Shown here in pieces: positions 48,500 to 62,410 of a stretch of DNA of 64,000 bases; within the stretch, counting starts at the first letter, position 1; each line of letters opens with the position of its first letter. Source of the stretch: Lama guanicoe (lineage: Eukaryota); assembly GCA_013239625.1 (NCBI GenBank), contig MU053184.1:16220-80219 (forward strand), written 5' to 3'. The position numbers were made by a program, and so were the translations under genes. The notes under the pieces are model-generated. The model searched no databases. It was not told the origin of the DNA and was given only the letters and a program-made list of their open reading frames with translations.

Positions 48500-51400
48500 A
48501 GTTTTACCGTATTCACTTTGATTTTCAAATGTTGAAGCAACCTTGCACTTCTCGTATAAAACCCTCATAGTCATGAAGTATTAACCTTTTATGTATTTCT
48601 GGATTAGGTTTCTTAAAAATTTTGTTAAAGATTTTTATTTTTATGCTCATGAGGGTATTGGTTTGTGCTGTTCTTATAAAACTCTTTTTTTGATATCAGG
48701 GTTATGCTAATTTCATAAAATAGTTTGGGAAAATTTCAATCCTCTATTTGCCAAAAGAAGTGTGTATAATTGGTACTATTTAATTTATTCTTTAAATATT
48801 TGATCAAATTAATCTGAGAAGCTGTCTGGGACTGGATTTTTTTATTGTGGGAAGATCTCTAATTATTAATTTAATTTATTAAATCAAAGACTACTAGATA
48901 ATCTATATCTTGTGTCACTTATGCTAATTTGTATCTTTCAAGGAATTTATTTTCAGCTGATTTGGCAACTTTATTGGTATGAGATTTTTCATAATATTGC
49001 TTTATGATTTTTTTTTAATGTGGTATTGCTAGTGATGTCACCTCTTTCATTCTAGACATTAGTCACTTATGCTTTTAAAAATTTTTTGATCAATCTAGTT
49101 AAAAGGGTTATAATAATGTTAATATTTTCAAAGAACTAAATTTTTTATATTTAATTATTATAGTGTTTGTCTATTTGCTATTTCATTGACTTTACTCTTT
49201 ATTCATCATTTTACTTATGTTATTTTAAAATTGCTCATATTAGCTTAAAGAAGAGGAAGTTCAGATATGTGATTTTATACTTTCCCACCTTCCTAATAGA
49301 AGCATTTAGAGCAATAAATTTACCTCTGAGCACTTTTTTATTTATGTTCCACAAATTTTCAAGTGATACATTTTTCTTATCATTCAGTTTTAAATTATTT
49401 CAAAATTTCCTTCATGATTTCTTCTTTGACCTAGGAGTCATTTAGGAGTGTTGGCTTAATTTCCGAATATTTGAGGATTTTCTGTATATCTTATTACTAT
49501 TTTCTAGTTTAAGTCCATTGTGGTCACAGGCCATACTCTGTATGATTTCACTCTTCTAAATTCATTAAGCCATGTTTTATGACTCAACATTTGGTTTACT
49601 TGAGTGAATTTTTTACACATTGACTTGTTAAGCATTTGTATTCTGCTGTTGTGTGGGTACCAAGTTCTATAAATATCAGTTAGGTTAAGTTGCTTCATAA
49701 TGTGGCTCAAATTTCTTACTTAATTTTTATGTATTTCTTTTGATTACTGATGGAGATGTGTTAAACCTGTTAATATGAATTTGAACTGGTATATTCAGTT
49801 CTGTCGGTTTTGCTTCATATACCTTGAAACTCTGATATTGGATACATACATATTTAGGACTACTATGTCCTGTCCCTGAATTGATCCCTTTATCATTATA
49901 AAATGTCCCTTTTTATCTCTGGTTCGTGTTTTGAGGACTACTTTGTTGTCTACAAAGCCACATAATTAGTTTTTCCTTGTGTAATATTTTTCATCTTTTA
50001 CTTTGAACTTTTATGTATCTTTGTATTTAAAGATATAAGCAACATATTGTTTGATCTTCATTTTTTAAATCTAGTCTGATATTCTCTAACTTTGAATGAG
50101 AATCTTAACCTACTTTCAGTTAATGAGTTATTGACATGATTGACTTTGTATCTACCACTTTGCTATTTGTTTTTATTGCTGACTACATTTCAGTATTACA
50201 TTTTACTTCCTCAGTTAGCTTTTTATTTATACCACTTTGTTTTACTTTTTTCCATGGTTGCTCAAAGGATTACAATATATATCCTTAACATATTACAATA
50301 TACCATGAGTTAATATTACACCACTTCACCTATAATGTAATTGATTCATAATAGTATGCTCCCATTTTTTCCTCTTCCATTCTTTGTGTTATTATTGTCA
50401 CATTTTACTTATATATTATAAGCCCATAAAACAATTTTGTTATTTTGTCAAAAGTCAATTGTATTTTAAGTAAATTAAATTAAAAATCTTACATATTTTA
50501 TCCACGTATTTACATTTCTGATGCTTTTCATGTCTTTACGTAGATCCATGTTTCCGCCTGGTATGGTTTTCTATTCACCTAAAGGACTCCCTTTAACACG
50601 TATTACAGTGTAGGTCTCCTTGTGATAAATTCTCTCACTTTTTTTTTGGTTTTATTTTTGAAGGCTGCTTTTTCTGGATCTAATGTTCTAGCGTGGTAGT
50701 TTGTTTTATTTTAGGATTTGAAGTATATCATTCCAGTGTCTTCTGGTTTGCACCATTTCTGTTGGGAAGTCAGCAGTTATTTATTTATTTATGTTTACAT
50801 CATTCCTCCTTGTAGACAACATGTGCTTTTCTTTGGCTGCTTTTAGGGTTGTCTATTCATGTCTGGTTTTTACCTATTGCACTCTGATGTACATAGGTGT
50901 GGTTATCATTGTCTCTTCCTTGCTTGGATTTGTTGACCTTCTTGAATAGGTTGGTTGATATTTTTCATCAAATATAGGTAAATTTTACCCATTATTTCTC
51001 CAAATACTTCTTTTTGCCCTAATTTATTTTTCTCTTCTTTACTTTTGGGACTCAAATTATGTGTATATTGGCTTGATGTTTTTGCACATGTCACTGGGAG
51101 CCTGTTCATTTTTTTTTGTACCCTCATTTTCTTTTTTTCAGTTATGATTTCTGTTACCGTCTTTAAGTTCATTTCCTTCTGCAGTGGCAAATTTATTTGT
51201 AAGATCATCCAGTGAATTTTTTCTTTCAGTTATTAGATTTTTCAGCTCTAGAATTTCCAGTTTTTAAAAAAATAGTTTCCCTTTACTTATTGAGATGTAT
51301 TTGCTCATTTTGTCCATCTTCTAAAAAAGTCATTAAACATAATAGCTATTTTGAATTGTCTGCTAACTTTAAAATTTTGTCACCTCTGGGTCTATTTCTG

Positions 51401-52170
51401 TTGATTTCCCCCCCATTATTGGTTAAATTCTCCTTCTTTATGCAACTAGTGTTTTCAGATTATGTGCTAATATTGTTGAAAGATTGACTTTGTCTTTCTT
51501 TAGTTTTCTTTTTATAGGCAGTGAATTTATGTTCAGATTCATTTGACACCTTTGAGTTTTATTAGTAAGATTTGTTAGAGTAAGTCTAGATGAGATCTTA
51601 CTACAGTTGGCTAGAGTCCCAATTGAGTGACTGGGAGTATTTATTCAGCAAGATCTCTAAACTCTGGCTGTTCAAAATTCCTGTGTTTTGCAGCACTGTG
51701 CGACTTCTGGAATCTCCATTTAGCGCATCTTGCCTGAGCATGTACATCTTAGTGTATGTTCGGAGTATATACAGCTTACTATTTTGCCAAAGACTTAGAG
51801 GATCCCTGCATGGATTTCTGGAACACCTTCTCTTAGCAGCTTCCTCTTCCACTCTACTGTGTCATACAAACCAACCTACTTCACCAGCCCTGAATTCCGA
51901 TCTACACTTCTTTAGCTCATCAAGACCTCTGAGTTCTGCTTGGGAACCACCTCCCTACTTTCTTGTCCAGAAACTAACTTTGAGCAGAAATGTGGGGTGG
52001 TGGTGGCTATCATCACATATTTTTCTTCTCTCAGGGGATGACAGTCGTGTGCTGTTTTCCAAAGACTGAAAACAACTCATTCAAGTATTTTGTCTAGTTT
52101 GCAAGTTGTTTACAACAGCAGGGCTAGTCTGGTACCAAGTATTCCCTCATGATTACAAATGGAAGTCTGG
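48500..52170 (-). mobile_element. Old L1M element (5' region, ORF1, 5' ORF2), degenerate
   Basis: ORF 49504-49710(-) 'QLNLTDIYRTWYP' is the ORF2 endonuclease; ORF 50906-51208(-) 'FGEIMGKIYLYLMKNINQPIQEGQQ' is ORF1-like. Confidence 0.85.
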
Positions 52171-54049
52171 TTTATGTGCTTTTGATTAAATTCAACCTAT
52201 TTAAAATAGCTAGCGGTTAAGTAAATCCAACTGCTGTTTCTTCTCACCCTCCTTAAAACAAGTCAGAAGCATATGTGAGCCACTAAAACTTCAAGGGCTA
52301 ATAAGATCATGAAATACATGTAATTAATGATACTTCACTAATAAATTCTGCTATGAAGCATACATTGGCATTTAAGTTCAAATTTTGAGTTTGGCATGAT
52401 AATTTTCATAGCTCTTTCAAGGAAGAATTTTAAAAAGGCAAGCCAGCAGCTTTCTATAGATTGGATATTGGAAGTTGTGGGTGTTGGTTTTTTTTTCCAT
52501 TTGGAAGCATTGATTTCTTCCCTGCATGGGTTTTTATGTGATGCAGTGATTGACGTGGCTGCCTTATGATGGCAAGTCCATTGCATTTCATTTTTTTTTA
52601 TCACTTGCAAACATCTTGATTCAGGCCTTAGAGTCATTGATTGATTATACTGTTGTCCTGGACATTGCAATGGGATGTTTTGTTTTAAAATTTAACCTCT
52701 GTGGGTAAAGTGAAGGAGAGGGGTCTATTACTTTTTAGATGTGCTTCAAGTGGTTACTTTATGAGTTAAGTTTCCTGTAATTTGTGATTTGTGCCAGCAG
52801 AAGTTAATCTTTCTTAGATATCTCTTTCTTCTTAGTGGGAGGAAAAAAGATTCTTTCAGGAAGCAGAGAATACCCTCATTTTCTCCAGGTCACATTGACA
52901 TGCAGAGGCATTAAGAGTTCAGTATGTCAGAGAACATGGCTCTGAAGACTTAACCACATTGTTTGGCTTCCCAGTAGCACACCAACCAAGTGGAGCAAGA
53001 GCTGAGCTGAAGGTTGCCTGAGCTCAAAAGATCATAGAAACAGAAAATGTGTAGGTATCTCCACCCATCCTCTCTAGCTCTGCTTTGTCTCTGCCAAAGG
53101 CTAGTTTCCACTGTCCAGAGGTGAGGATGACTTCCTCAGCCTCTTTCTAGCCACTCATCTAAGCCTGGGTACTTCTTAGGCTTAATATACAAAGTGTCTC
53201 ATGGAATCTCAGCTTTTTATTCTCTTGTAGAAGAAATTAAGGAGAAATGTGGAACTATATAAATTATAATTATAGTATTTATTATACCTTTAAAATAGTT
53301 CCTAAAATCATTGACTTGCCATATTTCGTCAGATTTGCTGTTTTTTTTTTTTTTTCTTTTTATATACCCCTTGAGAATACTAGAGCTACATTTCTTTAAA
53401 GAGTAGTTCCCATCTCAGACTTTCTCCCGAGTTAATCTGATCCAATTAATGACATTTTGGTGTATTTTTAATACTGGGACTCAAAATGGGCGTTTTTTTT
53501 CCTCTTCCGTTTCCAGTGTAATTTAGATTTGTTAAATAGCTGTGCAAGGAAATTGTATTATTCAGTGTTCAGAATATTCTTAGATAATGTTCAGAATATA
53601 TTGATGTAATATGTTTATCTTATTTGCTTTTAGAACTCAGGGTTTTCCAGACCCACGTATGAGTATTCCACAAAAAGAGAAGCTCAGGCCTCCATCCGTT
53701 TTGTGGTGCCCTTAACTCACTGTCCTGGGACTACACTCTTGGGAACAGCTTTGTATGGAAAACAGTAGAGTGAGTGGACCAAACAGTTCCTCTAATTTTC
53801 CACACTTAGGAACGTATGGTCTGTCAGGCCCGCTTGCCCTTTGGAGGTCTCATAATGACGTGGCATCAGGGGAGTTCACATTTCCCTGAATCCTCCTGTG
53901 TTCCTATATTTCCCGCCCTTTCTACCATGAAGGTTTGTTAGGACTCTTGCTTTAGGTTATCTAGTCTTTTTTAAAAAAAATTTCCAACCTGGATTTGGTA
54001 GCAATCTTTATCTTCCCACCTGCAAAGAAAGAGAGGAGACACTTTAATA

Positions 54050-54190
54050 ACAAAATAATAAAATAACTAAATTTAGTACAGGTCAGAATATACAAAGGAC
54101 TTTCTAGTAGAATCCTCATAGCAGCCCTGGGAGGCAGGCAACATTTTTATCATCACCACTGTACAGAGGAAAAGGTGCAGGTTTGTAACG
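54050..54190 (-). mobile_element. MIR fragment
   Basis: 'aatcctcatagcagccctgggaggcagg...tatcatcaccactgtacagaggaaa'. Confidence 0.65.
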
Positions 54191-54959
54191 ATATTATGCA
54201 AGGATGTTACGGAATGTGAAAATGAGAATAACTAGATCAATGAGAGTTTTGAAATTTTGAACATGAAGTATTGTTTCTGATTGAACTAAGGGACTGGGAG
54301 AGATCTGTGAAGTCCAGCTCCATAGACTTCTTTTTCATATGTAGAGACTTCGACCCAGAGAGCTAGGGACTTGCGAAGGGTCCTAGTTCTCCCTAATCTC
54401 CGAGCTGCAGTAGGGCGCCCTGGCTAGAAGAGTAGCCTTCAGGGCAGAGCTGAATATCCACATCCCCAACAAGTTGCTTCCTCTTAATCATTTCTCAGCA
54501 CTTCTGTCCAGACTGAATATAGGAAGAAGGCTTAGCTTGTCGAACGCACAGGAAGGGCAAGTGTATCCTGCCCCGAAGTCACCTTTTCTCTAAGGCATAG
54601 GGTCTCTCAAGACCCTCGTTAAAATGCAGCTCTGTGGGGTGGGAGGGGAAAGACATCTAGGCAGTAGGCGCCATGATCCCACGAGCATGAATTTGCTAGT
54701 CTAACTGGCTTGCTGTCATCTTGCAGTCTGACCTCCGAGGTGACAGCTGGCTGCGTTAGCACATTTTTATTGGGCAAGAAAAGAAATGAAAGGCCATAGT
54801 GCACAGAACCAGAGAAGGTGAACCTAAGTGGAGCACCATGATGGACAGTCCTAGAGAGTTCATGGGCGTTGGGCAACTGGGTTCAGCAGGTTGGGAGGAC
54901 ACCAGGCTTCACTCAGTTGTGCACAGGGCCAGCTCTACCTGGATCTTTCAGTGTGACTC

Positions 54960-55540
54960 CAGGGACTGGTTGATCATTTATTCATTTATCAAACATTCTG
55001 GATTTACTTTTTTTCCCAAGGAACTTTACAGAGCTTATTATGGTTAGAGGAGGTTAATTAATTAATTAAGCCAATGTCACGTTATCATGTTCCAAATACA
55101 GAAAGGCATAGTGCTAGACACTGAGAGAGCACAGAGATAAAACTGCCATAATTCTTGTCTTCAAAGAGTCTGCAGTCCAGTACTCTGATACTTACAATGG
55201 AGTGAAAGGGAGGCAGAGGTAGGAACTCAAGTAAATGTACAGAAAGCATTATAAAAATCCAGGGATGGAGAACTTTTGTGCAGCTGAGGGGGATTATAGA
55301 AGGGTCCATAGAGGAGGTGGCATTTGATTTGGCCCTTGAAGGCTGAGAAGAATGTCACTTCCAAATTCATATCTTCACACCACAAGTCTTCCCTGAGCCC
55401 AGACTCGTATGTACGAGTGTCCTGTCCACATCCACGTGTGGGCATCTCATACCTGACATGTCTACAATTAGACTTTTGATTTTACCACCCCAGACTGGCT
55501 TGTCCTCCTGTTTTACTCATCTGCTTTCTTCCAATTGGTC
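54960..55540. mobile_element. L2 fragments (- strand then + strand, junction ~55345)
   Basis: 'tagaggaggtggcatttgatttggcccttgaagg' followed by 'tctcatacctgacatgtctacaattagacttttgatt'. Confidence 0.6.
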
Positions 55541-55779
55541 CGGGCTTTTCTCTTCTCCTAATCTACCCTTTCATTTTTCGCCAAAGCCATACTTTATGCA
55601 TTTAGTAGATGATTGGTGTGTGAGACTTGGATTTTTGACATGCTAATCAGATTTATAAATAGCTAAGAAAGACTCAGTAGCATTTAAATTAAAGATCTGA
55701 TGGGGGATGATGTTTTATATTTGTAACAGAACCCACCCACAGTCTCTCTTATCTATGACTTTAAACATACCTGTATTTT

Positions 55780-56000
55780 ATAAGGCTTATTATATTCATA
55801 AGATTAGTGTCACACTTCACCATTACCAAGTGTGGTCTCCCGGTGTAATTTTGTTTGATTTCACAGCGAGAATATTGACACAGATGTCTTTATTTCTCTT
55901 ATTCTTCAGATGAGGAAACTGAAGGAGAATGAATGACTTACCTGTGATCTAGCTGCTAGTTCATGGAAGAGCCTGGATTTTCACCATGGTCCAAAGCCTA
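55780..56000 (-). mobile_element. MIR
   Basis: 'ttcagatgaggaaactgaaggagaatgaatgacttacc'. Confidence 0.65.
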
Positions 56001-58994
56001 CGGTGGGGCTTGGAGCCTCCAGGCGATCAGTGGTTCAGTCTGAGTGAATGGACAATAGATACTCTGAACAGGAGTTTGGGACTCGTTTGTAGAGAGCCTT
56101 GAATGCCACTCAACAGTTAGGACTCTTCTGAAACTGGGACTTATAGGATAGGACCAACTCCTTCCAGGAGTATCTGAAGCAACATATTCAGGCACAGCAA
56201 AATATTAAAACCTGTATTCAGGTTTGTAAACCTCCTTTTTCTAATTAATATTTTTGTTAAGGGTTTATACTATGGTAGTGTATTTTCAAAGTAAGACAGA
56301 AATACACAGAAATGCATATCTGTATCTCAACATTGTTTTTATAGGTAAGAGTAAAATGACCTTTTTTTTCACAATTCGGCTTTACTTCTATTAATAATTC
56401 CAACATATGTTTTGAACCCTTTACAGTTTAGGAAGTACCTTCAAATACATTGTATCTCACAGTAACCTTCACTTATGAGAAAGACCTTAAGGTAATTTGC
56501 CCCAGGGTTATAAAATAACCCCTTTACATTAGTAGATAGCAATTCAGATATTAATTAAATCATAAAAGGAAAGTCTAACCAGCATTTGACTATTTCCCAT
56601 CAGTGTTACTTTGTTCTCCCACTGCCAGCTCTTTGTCCCCCTCATTTTCTTCACATGTGTTTACTCCTTTTGCCCTGGGTTTTAGTTTCATTCTAATAGT
56701 TGTTCCATATACACCTGCCTTAATAGCCTTCTATTCTGAATTTTTTAAGGGTAAAGGCAACTAAGCTAAAAACAATTCAACAAGAAACACTTCCTCCTAA
56801 AAGAGGGTAGCGTTTTAGTTAAAAAACAAATCCTCCTCATGCTGCTTCAAGAAAAATACCAAAACTTTCACCCAAAGGGCACTCTCACAGGATAACTCAC
56901 TGAAATTCTCTGTTACATGGTGTCATTATGATGTAAAATGACATTTTTTGAGCAAGGCAGTATCATGGTGACAGCAGTTGCTTGGGAAAATTAATTGTGG
57001 GGACCGCAGCTGGGGACACAAAGAGAGCCCCTTCCGCAAGGGCTCTTGAGCATCCCAGCCAGTCTGGTTTGTATGGCAGGCCAAAGTGAGATGATACAAG
57101 TGGAAGTAGCCTAAAGATACAGAATAAATCAAATGTGTGCCAAAAAGATGCAAACAAAATTTGTCTTTGAAACTGCCCAACAGCTGATGTTAGAGCCTTG
57201 GAATTCAGGGATGGAGTTAAAGGCTCAGCAGAGAAGCTTAAAAAGTAAGATGAGGAGTTTGGCAATGATGCTGTGGAAAGTCTTTTCAGATCTGACTGAA
57301 CAGCTTTTAGATTTGTTTATTTACTTGGCGTTCCTGCTCTCTGTTCTGGAATCCTTAGAGCCTTATCTGTGAGAAAATAAAAACACTTAAGAAAGTGGAG
57401 CTGTGTTTTGAAACATGTGAATGAGTTTTTAAGGCATCTTCACCCTTTTATACAGGATAGCATTTATCATTCTGTGGTCCAGAGCTGATAAAACATGAGC
57501 AGAAAGGCACGTGGAGAAGGAAATACTGGGTGAAGAAACTGACTACCCAAGCATTAATAAGTAAGGAGGTTCTATTTATTCTAAACCCCCTCCAGCTTCA
57601 TTTTTTTATGCCCAGACATAAAGGCAACATTTTCTTGTTTCTCAGAACTGAGCTGAACCTGCGTTTTGGGAGCTCTGGCTTGAAAAGCTTTCATTCTACA
57701 AGAAACAAAAGTGGCAAACTTTCTAATTTAGCTAAGATTCCTGTATCTTAAGAACCGGCTGAAAAGGATCTTGGTGCAGAACAGTCTGCCAGAGTGAGGA
57801 CTCCACTGGCGTGGCAACTATTTTTAGGGAGAAGGCTGGCAGGCAGCATTCTAATGAAAGGCACAACAGAAGTAGACTAAATGCCTTCCCTCTCTGTCCA
57901 ACCTCAACTGGAGAGAAGGCTGCTTTTACAATCACATTTTCCTTAGTTCAAAGATTTCATGTGTCAGTGCATATCGCATGGGGTTCAGCCACTGCTAAGT
58001 TCCACGGAGGGGAAAAAAAAAGATGCCGTTTGCAAATTCATGGCTTAATGGTGTTGTTGGTTGGTCAGGAATGATCAGTTCTTGGCTCAGGGAAAGTTGT
58101 TTTGAGAGACATCAAATCTTAAGTGAAGCGTAGCTGAAGAAAATACTGAGTAAACCTGAATCCCTGGAAATAAGGGAAATTTACAGTTTCTTGGAGGAAG
58201 TAATGCATTTATTGCTATGAATGCCTTTGTTGAAGGCATGAGATTTTTTGTTGTTGTTAGAACAAAGGAGTCTACTTAAACAACAGAAAGATAAACAGGA
58301 CATTCTTCGCCGGCTGCTGCTGGGTTTGGGTTTTTCTTGATTTGGCTTCTTGTAGGAGAATTTGGCCTGGAAGAGCAGAGGGAGGCAGGAGCCCTGAGCT
58401 GGGTGGAGGTCAGGAGACCTGGTCTGGTTTGTCTCTGTCAAGAACTGACTCTTGAATTTGGCCTTGAGCCAAAGTTTCTGCTCTCAAGTCTCAGTTTCTA
58501 CTCCTATAAATGGTGCTTCTCCCTTAAGTGGTGCTTCCTGAGGCCCCCTCTAGCTCTAAGAGTGTGACTCTGTACCTGTTGTTTTCCATGCTTCTCCTTT
58601 TTTTCAGGAGACAAGAGAGTAAATTCTTTCCTCCAACAGCTGAGCCCCACTCTGGTCCAGCCCTGTGTTCTCCCAGTGGGATAAGCAGATGGGCAGCAAA
58701 TACCATCTTCTGCTGAGTCTAACTCATCTTCAGTTGTCCACTGCACCATTGTGTTACCTACCACTTAGAAAAAACCACCTGACAACTCTGCCTGGTAACC
58801 TTTGGCTGTCTATTGTGGGATGCATCCTGATTTCAGAAATGTTAAGAAAGAGAGAGAGAGAGAGAATAATGTGCACCTGAGGATGATACAGTGTAGCCCT
58901 TAAATGTCGTGCAGTGATTAGCAGAACAGCTGTGGAGGGAAGCATCCGAGAGAGGGCCCTGGGAAGGGTGTGGTTGAAAGTCTTTCAAAAGACT

Positions 58995-59325
58995 TCTGGG
59001 TCAGTTGAGGGGCAGTGTGGCATTAGAACCCAGACTGCCTGCTGGAGTTTTGTTCCCAGCTCTGCCACCTAAGGCAAGGTTTTTCATCTCTTTGTTTAAC
59101 TCAGTTTGCTCATCTGTAAAATGGGAGATAAGGGTAGTCATTGCTTCATCAGAATTTTTGGGTGGGGTGGGGGAGGTAATTAGGAAATGAAGTTTAAATC
59201 ATGGTAGATTACTTTGGGGATTTGTTGATTTGTTTATTTATGGATTGTTGTAAGGATTGTGTTAATGAATAGATGTAAAGTATGTGGAACAGAGCCAGGC
59301 ACTTGTAAGCACTCCTTGAATGTTC
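58995..59325 (+). mobile_element. MIR fragments
   Basis: 'cccagctctgccacct...ctcagtttgctcatctgtaaaatgggagataa'; tail 'aacagagccaggcacttgtaagcactc'. Confidence 0.7.
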
Positions 59326-60599
59326 TGAGTGATGTGACTCTGTGGTTAATGCCAAGCCCCCTGTCTGGGGTGTAAGCTCTGGGAACAGGCTTGTTTGCCC
59401 CCTCATTGAGGTTCCTATGGCCTGCCAATGCCTGCCATATAGTAAATGCTCAATAGATATTTGTTAAAATGAATTAGCTATTTGTTATCTCCTGTTAGAG
59501 ATCAGCCAGTATTGCTCTCTATCCAAGACAGGACACTCCATTCACTGACCTCACAAGGCTCTTCCATGAAATGAGCATGGTGAAAACCCACTGAAATTGA
59601 TTGTGGTACAGTTAGCAAAGGTCTCAGAGAATGATAATCTTAGGGCTTGGCAAATGATGGGTGTCCTTGTCTTACCAGCCTGTAGACTCTGGGCTACTTA
59701 TAAGCACAAAAGTAGATGCTGGAAATAAACGAGCAAGAAGACCCGCTCTTCCCGCAGTTCAGCCTTCTCAAGGCTCCACTGATCGGAAGGCAGATGACGT
59801 CCTTGAGCGACTCCACAACCCAGATAAGGCTGTCTGAGACAAAGGGACTGTCCCTGCTTTGACAAATGGGACTGACCTTCCAGCCCTGGTAAAACATTCC
59901 GGTTTCAACAAAGTCTGTATCAGGTGGGAGATGATATATGGCTGGAAGTATGTAAATCCACAGGCAGGTGCTAACTGGCTGCCGCGTTATGCAATTAACT
60001 CACAACTCACAAGTATGGCCACGAAAGTAGGGGAGGTGTGTTTGTCATCTCTTCTGGTTTTTTAGTTAAGTGTCTGTACGAAGAAACACTTCTGGAAAAG
60101 AAGGATTCATTAGTCATAGATTCTAAGAGTCTCTATCTGAAGGAAGACTCTGTAATTTAGCTTCAGATAATACTTGTCTAAACACAAGATGAGTCAATTA
60201 GTAGAACTGGAGGGATATCAAGTTTTTCGGGTGTTTTCATTGGTACTACATCCCCCCCACCCCCACCCCAGCAGTCAAGGAAGGTAACTGCACAGATATT
60301 TTTATTCTTTCGGGACAGAAGTGAAGTGGCAACTGAGGAATGACAGTTTCACAGTTAATTTGAATCAAAGGAAGAGAAGACACATTATTTGGTTCTCTGT
60401 CCGCAGTTTCAGATAGGAACTTGCTGTCCCGTCTATTATCTTTTTGTCTAATCCAGCATGTCAGCTTGCTTCTCTTTCTCTGAAGTTAATCCAAATTCCT
60501 GTAGATAACTCTCCAACCTTGCAATTCAATGTCACTATATTTTCAGATACTTGAACTTTTGAATTACTAATTGAAATTTTGATTCAATTTGTAAAAATG

Positions 60600-60820
60600 A
60601 GGACCTGGGAGGGCATGATAATTATCTTCAAATAGCTGAAGGTCTGTCATGGGAAAGATGAAAAACATTGTTCTCTGAGTGTGTAGAATAAGGGACAGAT
60701 GCTGTAGAGGGAGTTTTTAATTCATTATAAAGATGAATTGTTTGTCAGTCAAGGATGAGCAAAAATGAAACAGGTGATCCCGGGGGACAGTAGGTTTCCC
60801 ACACCAGGATATTCCCTGGA
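60600..60820 (+). mobile_element. L3/CR1 3' fragment
   Basis: 'gggcatgataattatcttcaaatagctgaaggtctgtcatggg'. Confidence 0.6.
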
Positions 60821-60839
60821 TTTGTCAGGGATCGCAGAT

Positions 60840-61170
60840 TTGGTGGACACGAATGCTGCTCTTCAATATCCGACTCTCCTCTCATTCCAGTCACGTAGAA
60901 GAGTGAAATTCCTGGCCCACTTGTGGTCAAGTGCAGCTGTTAGGTCCAGCCCATCATATTTAATTGCCAGTATGAGACTTCAAGGGTTCTCCACCCCTGC
61001 CAGTGTAATCGAGGAATCACAGGCCTAGATGGAGCGTCCGTCAACCTGACTCCCAGTGGGGTATCATGAGCCGAGACCCCTTGTCATCCTGCACTGGATG
61101 TCTAGCAAGAAGAAGAAATAAACATTGTGGTCTGAAGGCGCCATGGCATAACTTAACTCATCCTGAACGT
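60840..61170 (+). mobile_element. MLT1I-like MaLR LTR
   Basis: 'ttcctggcccacttgtgg...catatttaattgccagtatgagac...agaaataaacattgt...gcataacttaactcatcctga'. Confidence 0.7.
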
Positions 61171-61184
61171 GGATTTTTTTTTTC

Positions 61185-61510
61185 AGTTAGCCCTGGGCAG
61201 CAATCAACTCCGGAAGGCAGATTCCTCCTCTAGCCTCAGGGTTGGATTATGATTGGTCACAGCCAATCATGGCCATTTCATTTCTGTCTTTTTCAGCAAA
61301 AAAAAAAAATAATAATAAAAAAAAAAATAAAAGCCACCCATGGCTGGCCACATGACCAGGTTCTGGCTGATGAGACTTAAGGGCAATCTTGGGTGGGAAA
61401 GCCTTTGAAAAAGATTTTCCTTCTTTACAAAAAAGAGGGGAAAGAACAAAGGAATTGGTTTTTTCCTGCTTTTGATTGCCTTATGTGAGATTGTGATGCT
61501 TGAAGGGGAA
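61185..61510 (+). mobile_element. MLT1K-like MaLR LTR fragment
   Basis: 'tatgattggtcacagccaatcatgg...catgaccaggttctggctgatgagac...gtgagattgtgatgcttg'. Confidence 0.7.
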
Positions 61511-61599
61511 AGTAAGAAGAGTCTATTTCAGACAGAGAGAGGTAATTTACGTGTCTTACCGGCTTCTCAAATTCAGGTTTTGAACTTGAGTTTGAACCT

Positions 61600-62410
61600 G
61601 AGGGTCCCTGTCCCAGCTAAAGAACCATGGTCCTCCCTGTTGCCCAAATCAGAAACCTGGGAATGACTCTCACTTCTGCCTCCCCCTCATCAAGTCCTTA
61701 ATATTTCCCAAACCCATCCATTCCTCTCCATCTCCATTGCTTCTGCACCACCTCAGGCCCTCAGCACTTCTGGCAATAGCTATTTACCTGACTTGCTTGC
61801 TTTAAACACATCTTCCCTCCAGCTGAGGTCCATATTGCAATCGGAGGGACGCTTCTAAAACAAATGGGTCGCATAGGTTTAGAACAACTTGAGTGACTTC
61901 CTAATCTCCCCTGGCGAAAGTCTCAAATCCTTGACCAAGTTTACAAGACTCTTCTTGGTCTAGCTCTGACTATATCTGTAGTCTCAATTTAGACCATTTG
62001 CACTTGTCATTTTGTTCCATTTTTTACCTGCATTCCCCATAGGTCACAGACTGCTGCATGCTTTCTGCCTTCCCTGCCCCTTATACATGCTAACCCTTTT
62101 CTTATTGCAATCCCTTTCTCTTTTCTCCCCTCTCCCTTGCCCAGCTAACTGCCTGTCCTCAAGGCCTGCCTTCCTTTCTCCCTTCTCATGAAAGCCTTTC
62201 TCACTTCCTCCGTGCTGGCTTAGCTCCCCTTCTCTGTGCAAACATCATACTCTATTTCTACCTCCATCTTAGCATTTTTCACCACTGAATTATAATTTTC
62301 TGTCAATACTCTGTTTCTTCCACTGGATTGTAGCCCCTGCAGCGTGATGATTGCCCTTTCCATCTTTGGAAGACTGCCTGACATGCGTCAGGTTCTCCAT
62401 GAAGGACTGT
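61600..62410 (+). mobile_element. L2 fragment
   Basis: 'gttgcccaaatcagaaacctgggaatgactc...ccattcctctccatctccattgc'. Confidence 0.7.

Noticed and set aside
47160..52170. Opposed L1 pieces as a single twin-priming inversion
   Set aside because: The pieces converge tail to tail rather than diverge, and each orientation has its own ORF1 region. Two independent old insertions are simpler.
55054..55069. Perfect 16-bp palindrome TTAATTAATTAATTAA
   Set aside because: Simple (TTAA)4 slippage at an L2 tail.
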